DNA from: Paraspadella gotoi
Taxonomy: Eukaryota > Animalia > Chaetognatha
Direction of reading: 5' to 3'
Assembly: GCA_051294375.1 (NCBI GenBank)
Contig: CM119269.1
Coordinates: 1,150,235-1,192,029 of the forward strand
Length of the DNA: 41,795 bases
Position numbers and translations under genes: made by a program. The notes under the pieces are model-generated. The model was not told the DNA's origin and did no database searches. It saw only the letters and a program-made list of their open reading frames with translations. This document shows positions 35,684 to 41,795 of the stretch, piece by piece. Positions within the stretch are counted from its first letter, which is position 1, and every line of letters begins with the position of its first letter.

Positions 35684-36758
35684 TCTTGCCTCTGACGTAT
35701 ATTGTTTCTTTTTTTCAAACCTTTTATAATTACAAAAAAATATATAAATAAGGCGCCAATCAGCTGAAGACCACGTCGGTAATTTCTTTTCAACCCTCGC
35801 CAGCAGCAATGGCACGATTCATGGTCTTGTAACCAGGAATTTTTCTAGCCCACAAGCCAATGCAAGTCAAGGCATCTTACTTCCATCCTAATGCCGTATT
35901 ATAAGTACCTTTGGGGAATATTCCTTTTTTAAAGAATTTGATTTATTAAGTACATAGGCTCAATTGGGGATGATGGCTAAATCCAATGAGCCAGGGGGTC
36001 ACAACTGAAGTTGCCATTTAGGAACGGCGAACTAGTCGCGAATGCCTTAACGATAAATTGACAGACCGACCAAAAAAAATATATCGCGTTTTATCGCAGT
36101 TGAGAATAACCCCAATGAGAGGCCTCCGCTTTGTCGACGAACAACTCACGTTATTTCCATTAGTAAAGCGGAGAAGGGAGAAAAGGAAATTCGCTTTCCG
36201 TCCCGAGGATAAACAATACAGTTAATTAAGTTCGGAAAACGGCGTTCTCCGCTACGGATATGGAATAAAATATTCCGTTGGGCTCGCCGTAAGAATTTAT
36301 GGTCTCATTTAATTTCAGTCCGCCAAGAAAGGAAGATTAATTTTAGTTCCGAGTTCTGAGGGAAGAGGGAGCACGGAGTCTCGCGTCTGGCGTCGGTTGA
36401 AGGCTTCGCTGAATTTACTTACCTTACATTTAAGAAATAAAGATTTTGAGGTCGAATGATAAAGGAGAGAATAAAGTCAAGCAGCAAGGCTACTTGACAA
36501 AAACTAATACAAAAAATGTGACGTGTGATGCGGATTGCCAGTAACATTGTTCGTGATAATTTAGATCTTTGTGGAAAATGGCGCCTTGCTTGCCTTGCTT
36601 GCCTTGCCTTGCCTTGCCTTGCCTTGCCTTGCCTGCCTTCCTTGCCTTGCCTTGCCCTTTTCCGGCGGTAATCTTAATTTCTACTTTCTTTTCTTTCATC
36701 AAATTTCAGTTAAGAGCAATATGAAATAGTTCTTCCTATAAACGATTTGCTACGGATA

Positions 36759-36845
<87 letters not shown>

Positions 36846-37252
36846 TTTTTTTTTCCAGTTTGTTGACGTCCTTAGTTCGACGGGACACAATTTCTTATCA
36901 AAACAAAATCCTTTGAGCGATTGAAGGAATGGAGAGATGGGAAAATCATAATGCTAAAATGAAAAAAAAATAAGGAGAAAAATAATATAATATAAAAAGT
37001 TTTAAAAAAACCATAAAATGATTGGATTTTATGTTGAGGATCGTTTAAGCCGTCGCTGTTATTTTACCTTGAAATTATAAGTAGATATTTATAATCTATG
37101 ATAAAATTGGCGGAATCGAAGAAATTTTATTATCGTCAAATAACTGAATATTATCGGTTGACGTTGATACAAAAAAAATGTTGTTTAATTTTTGTTGCAG
37201 TTTACGTTGTTTTGGCAAAGGATCAATATTGCTTCTTCTTTCCTCCAAAAAA
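35684..37252 (+). repeat. Direct duplicate of 28323-29969
   Basis: Near-identical sequence starting right after the 25-N gap at 35659-35683. Confidence 0.9.
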
Positions 37253-37450
37253 AGGAAAAAATAACAGAAAAACAGTTTTATCGGTGTCGCTGGTGTCGTC
37301 GTCGTCGTCCGTCGTCGTCTCGTCGTCGTCCAAGATTTTGGGGTCATTCGTTTCGAGTCAGCGTCAATGTTTTCGCTTTCGTCGCTTTCGTCTTCTTCGT
37401 CGTCGTCGTCGTCGTCGTTTTAAAGAAAAAAAAAAGAAAAGCCATGAAAA

Positions 37451-37968
37451 ACTGAACGATACGCTCTGCAATCTTGAAACCAAGCACTGAAGGATACGTC
37501 TGCAATCTTGAACCAAGCCACTGAATGATACGCTCTGCAATCTTGAAACCAAACCATTGAATGATACACTCTGCAATCTTGAAACCAAGACTGAATGATA
37601 TGCTCTGCAATCTTGAAACCGAGCACTGATGATACGCTCTGCAATCTTGAACCAAGCACTGAATGATACACTCTACAATCTTGAAACAAAGCACTGAAAC
37701 GATTACGCTCTGTAATCTTGATACCAAGCACTGACGATACGCTCTGCAATCTTGAACCAAGCACTGATAATATGCTCTGCAATCTTGAAACCAAGCACTG
37801 AATGATACGCTCTGCAATCTGAAGAAAAGCACTGACGAAACGCTCTGCAATCTTGAAACCAAGCACTGAATGATACTCTCTGCAATCTTGAAACCAAGCA
37901 CTGAACGATACACTCTGCAATCTTGATACCAAGCACTGAACGATACGCTCTGCAATCTTGAAACCAAG
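37451..37968. repeat. 35-bp minisatellite, ~15 units
   Basis: Same unit and same left flank (AAGAAAAGCCATGAAAAACTG) as 35290-35658. Confidence 0.95.
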
Positions 37969-38199
37969 AAAAAAAAAGAAGAGTTTTTCTCGTGACTGCT
38001 GCAATGACAATTTCCTCATCGACAGACGATGAAACAGCAACGATGTCAACATCAAAATCAACATCAACATCAAACATCAACATGTACATCAACCCTGTCA
38101 AACGACAACGACGACAATGATGACGACGATTACGACAGTGAAAATGATGACTACCACGACGACGACGACAGCGAACTAGTCCTCATCGACGGTCCAAAC

Positions 38200-38535
38200 T
38201 CAGTGACTTTATTTTCACGTGTATTTCTTGAGACATGACATGACGTGACTTGACATAATACGACATTACATGACTACATGTTTACAATAACTTTCTTAGC
38301 CTGTTTATTTATGACATGCACTGAATCGGAATTCCGTCTTTTATTCTTTATAGTTTTAAGATTTCCTGTAGGCGGCGCTAGCAGTCCCATAGATTTGAGT
38401 TTTTTTCTGTTCTAACAAATGAGCAACTAGCTATGGGCAAATTATGAGCATTTTTAACTTAAGTGGAATAGACCGACCGACCGACCGAAAAGTGACTTTA
38501 GTTGCTCCTCGAGTACTCGCAGCGCAACAAAAAAA
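38200..38535 (-). mobile_element. Helentron/DINE-1-like element, copy C (3'-truncated)
   Basis: CAGTGACTTT...ATAACTTTCTTAGCC...GGCGGCGCTAGCAGTCCC...(GACC)n...AGTTGCTCCTCGAGTACTCGCAGCGCAAC is the reverse complement of most of 9363-9705. Confidence 0.7.
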
Positions 38536-40493
38536 AAATGCGGAGTTTGACGCAAAAATGTCAACTTGGTTTCGCTTCGTCATCGATGAAGGCGGAAGAC
38601 GAGGAGGAAGAGGAGGAGGAAGAGGAAGAGGAGGATGAGGATATTGTGGACGATGGACAAAGACGAAGACAACGATGATTCTTGGACATGGGACAAAGAG
38701 TCAAAGACAAGACAAGCGTAAACGTGGACGAAGGAAAGTTGGTGGTCGATTAGTTGCAATTACTTATAGAAATTGTCGCGTTGGATAGTGTTGGGATCTT
38801 AATTATAAAACCGAAAATATAGTAGCGAATACGTAGCGGATACGTAGCAAATACGTAGCGTTTCAAAAATGAGATTGATAACAACGAAAACGCGATACGC
38901 AGCGTCCAACTAATTAGAGCACAAGTTCGATAATTCTGATGATGATGACAACGAAGAGAACTAGGGACGACGACGAACTAGGGACGACGACGACGACAAC
39001 GACGACAACGACGACGACGACAAGTACGAAAACTACTCCGACAACAACAACAGTGACGACAACGACGTCAGGATTGAAACTTTGCGACGCGTGGAATTGA
39101 AAAAAGGAGGAACCACAGAGGGAAAATATCGGACATATGGAAAAACGTACGGACGAAGTAGAAAATCGGAGGGAAAAAGTGTGGAAGAAAAAATGTTGAA
39201 CGAGAAAAGGAAATAAAATTTGGTTTCGGAAGAAAAAAGGAAAATGAGTCGAGATTTTTTTTTTGTTGAAGGAAGAAAGAGGATGATGGGACGGGGGGGG
39301 GAAGGGTGGCGTCTGGGACCTGGGGGCGATAAGCCATGGGAAGGATGGATTCCTTGAGGTTCAAATATAAATAAATGGTTTTTTTTATTCGACAACAAAT
39401 GACGTCTCAGCTAAAAAAAATGAAATCTACTGTGATCTAGATTATTTTGGACGGTAAAAAGGTACTGGTGCGGCGACGACAACAACAACAACGACACTGG
39501 TCAGAAGAATACATAAATATCTTTTTAATAACCTTTTTCATTACTCATACGTTAGTGCTTACGTTTGTGCCTGTAATTTTCGCAGATTGACTTGTACGTC
39601 TCTTGGAGGCACGATATACGGACAATATAATTTGGAAATTGTTTGAAAGTTTATCTCGTAATCTAAAAAGAATATAAATATATAAATATAAATACTTTTT
39701 TACGGTTAATGAGCCTAGTAATTATTTGCGAATAAAAAGATGACAGACTTGGCTTTAAAATAAATTCAACTTCCAACTTTGTAACTTTAAATACATAAAC
39801 GTACGTTTAAAATATAAAATTCATCCAGAATGCGCCTTTTTTCTCCTTGTCAGAATTACCAACATTTTGGCCATCATTCGGTTCGGAGGAAAATCATTGA
39901 AAAAATCAATTTGAATACGACGCGACTGGAAAAAGGACAAAAAATATGCAAAAAAAAAAAAAGGTCCCACGACGATTCATCGCCACGCCCACCAGAAACC
40001 CCCAAAGATCGACGCGACGACGTCATGCAAATTGAATTCGTAGACAAACCCTCAAACCGTCGAGAAACGGTCATCGTAGCCGCGCGAACCAAAGTACGGA
40101 GTAGAGACGACGGTCGGTCTTTGTGGGGAACGATGGACGCCTAATCCGTCGGCCACGCCCAGTTTCCTCCGAGGTATAACGCCCCCTTCCCTCGAGCGTA
40201 ACTCGTCAGGCTTTCATAAAAGCGTCAAACTCACCCATCGCCCCTACTTCTCTCTCCCAACGCCCCCAACCGGCTGCTGCCCCGTGGCCCACACCGCCGA
40301 CTCCGGCCAGGCTTTAATTAAACGAAACCTGCTTTCAGCTGATTTGAATAAGAAAGCCTCCGTATATATTTTTTTTCCCCAACGGTCCGTTTTTCCTTTT
40401 TTTCTTTTAGAATTTTCAATGCCGCTTCCAAAAAAATGTCAGGAAAATCATAAACTGGAAGAGAGAGAGATGGATGGTTGCGTGAGATGGATG

Positions 40494-40496
<3 letters not shown>

Positions 40497-40536
<40 letters not shown>

Positions 40537-40575
40537 AGAGAGAGGAGAGAGGAGAGAGAGGGGAGAGAGAGAGAG
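40497..40575. repeat. (GA)n microsatellite
   Basis: Dinucleotide run. Confidence 0.9.
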
Positions 40576-41795
40576 TGGTTGTAAATATCCGCCATGAGAA
40601 ACGGTTCGGCCGGTATCGGGAACGTCAATGAAAGGATTTAAAAAGACGATATCTTATTGCACGAGCATCTTTTTTTATTTGTTTATTTTTTTATTTTATT
40701 TTTTATGTTTTAGATTCTCTCACTCTCAGTCTCTCCGCCTATCCGTCTTCGCTGTCTCTCTCGACAGCTCTGCAGTACACATTATGACCCGTAGGCGAGC
40801 CATCATCGTCTCCTCCTTTCTCTCTCTTCGACTCCTATCTCCTCTTCCTCTCTCTCACTGTCTCATTCTCATCTCTATCGTCTCTCTCTCTCGTCTTTCA
40901 CTTTTTTGCATCGGGCAACTACTATTTAATTAGCGTTTCGGTCCCGTCACCTCGTCGTCGTTAATTATCGTCGGTCCTTTTCGTCGTATCCCTTTTTTTT
41001 GCTTAATCTTGTAGGTTCGGTCTTTTTGAGCGGCGGAAGTGGATTTAATATATGAATATTTTAATAATAATTTTGACATGAGTCATTAGATTACGGTTGA
41101 TGTCAACTACGTCGTTTTCGTCGTCGTCGTTTTCGACTTTCAAAGGAGAGCGGGCCGATTACACGAGAGGGGAGAGTTCGCTTTCGAGGGGTGATAAGCG
41201 AAAAGGGTCAGAGTGGGAGGANNNNNNNNNNNNNNNNNNNNNNNNNNNNNNNNNNNNNNNNNNNNNNNNNNNNNNNNNNNNNNNNNNNNNNNNNNNNNNN
41301 NNNNNNNNNNNNNNNNNNNNNNNNNNNNNNNNNNNNNNNNNNNNNNNNNNNNNNNNNNNNNNNNNNNNNNNNNNNNNNNNNNNNNNNNNNNNNNNNNNNN
41401 NNNNNNNNNNNNNNNNNNNNNNNNNNNNNNNNNNNNNNNNNNNNNNNNNNNNNNNNNNNNNNNNNNNNNNNNNNNNNNNNNNNNNNNNNNNNNNNNNNNN
41501 NNNNNNNNNNNNNNNNNNNNNNNNNGGTTGGCTTAGTTGAAGTGAAACGTGGCCCAGGACATTTCTGGGTTGCGTATATGTAGAGGATTCCCCCGAACAA
41601 GGCAACCATGGAAAATGTGCGACGCTTGCTTGTTGATTCCGGAACAGCGGTGCGTTTGTGAGAGATGAGGTTTGAAGTCAGGTTGATGAAGATGAGATGA
41701 ACAATGTCAAACGAGATTCCTCGGAAGGGCGAGTTTGTTTGGGTAAGGAAGATCGGGAAACGGCTCAATTTCGGCGACCGGATGTTCCATAAAAA

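Noticed and set aside
35290-37968. 35-bp repeat arrays as a CRISPR array or repeat-protein gene
   Set aside because: Units are head-to-tail with no unique spacers and there are no cas genes in this eukaryotic context. The period is not a multiple of 3, so the ORFs arise only because one strand lacks stops.

Overview
This is eukaryotic, probably invertebrate-animal, repeat-rich DNA from an indel-noisy long-read gap-filled assembly. It has many (AG)n-type microsatellites and N gaps, and no convincing ordinary host gene. The main content is the 3' half of a Ty3/Gypsy-like LTR retrotransposon, best seen at ~21848-26558. In order, it has an integrase C-terminal tail (W..V....PRTSY....EG...RNR, ending RRSERLRAFK*), an AT-rich spacer, a ~2.9-kb intronless extra ORF in the position env normally occupies, a polypurine tract and a ~354-bp TG...CA LTR. 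The extra ORF does not look like env. Rebuilt across four noisy copies, it encodes an N-terminal DEDDy 3'-5' exonuclease of the WRN/EXD/Mut-7 type (IIGF[D]SE, LVGKDIEKD, QLSYAALDA), a helical middle region and an apparent second, degenerate exonuclease-like domain. Shared substitutions split the four copies into two variants (877-5963 versus 23295-35214) that differ mostly at synonymous sites. The remaining copies, a ~5-kb inverted duplication and other duplications all abut 25-N gaps and are probably assembly or haplotype artefacts. Also present: a hAT-like MITE with its empty site, a TA-target MITE with its empty site, three Helentron/DINE-1-like elements, an unclassified ~290-bp repeat and a 35-bp minisatellite. 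All protein family calls are motif recognition by eye, not database results.
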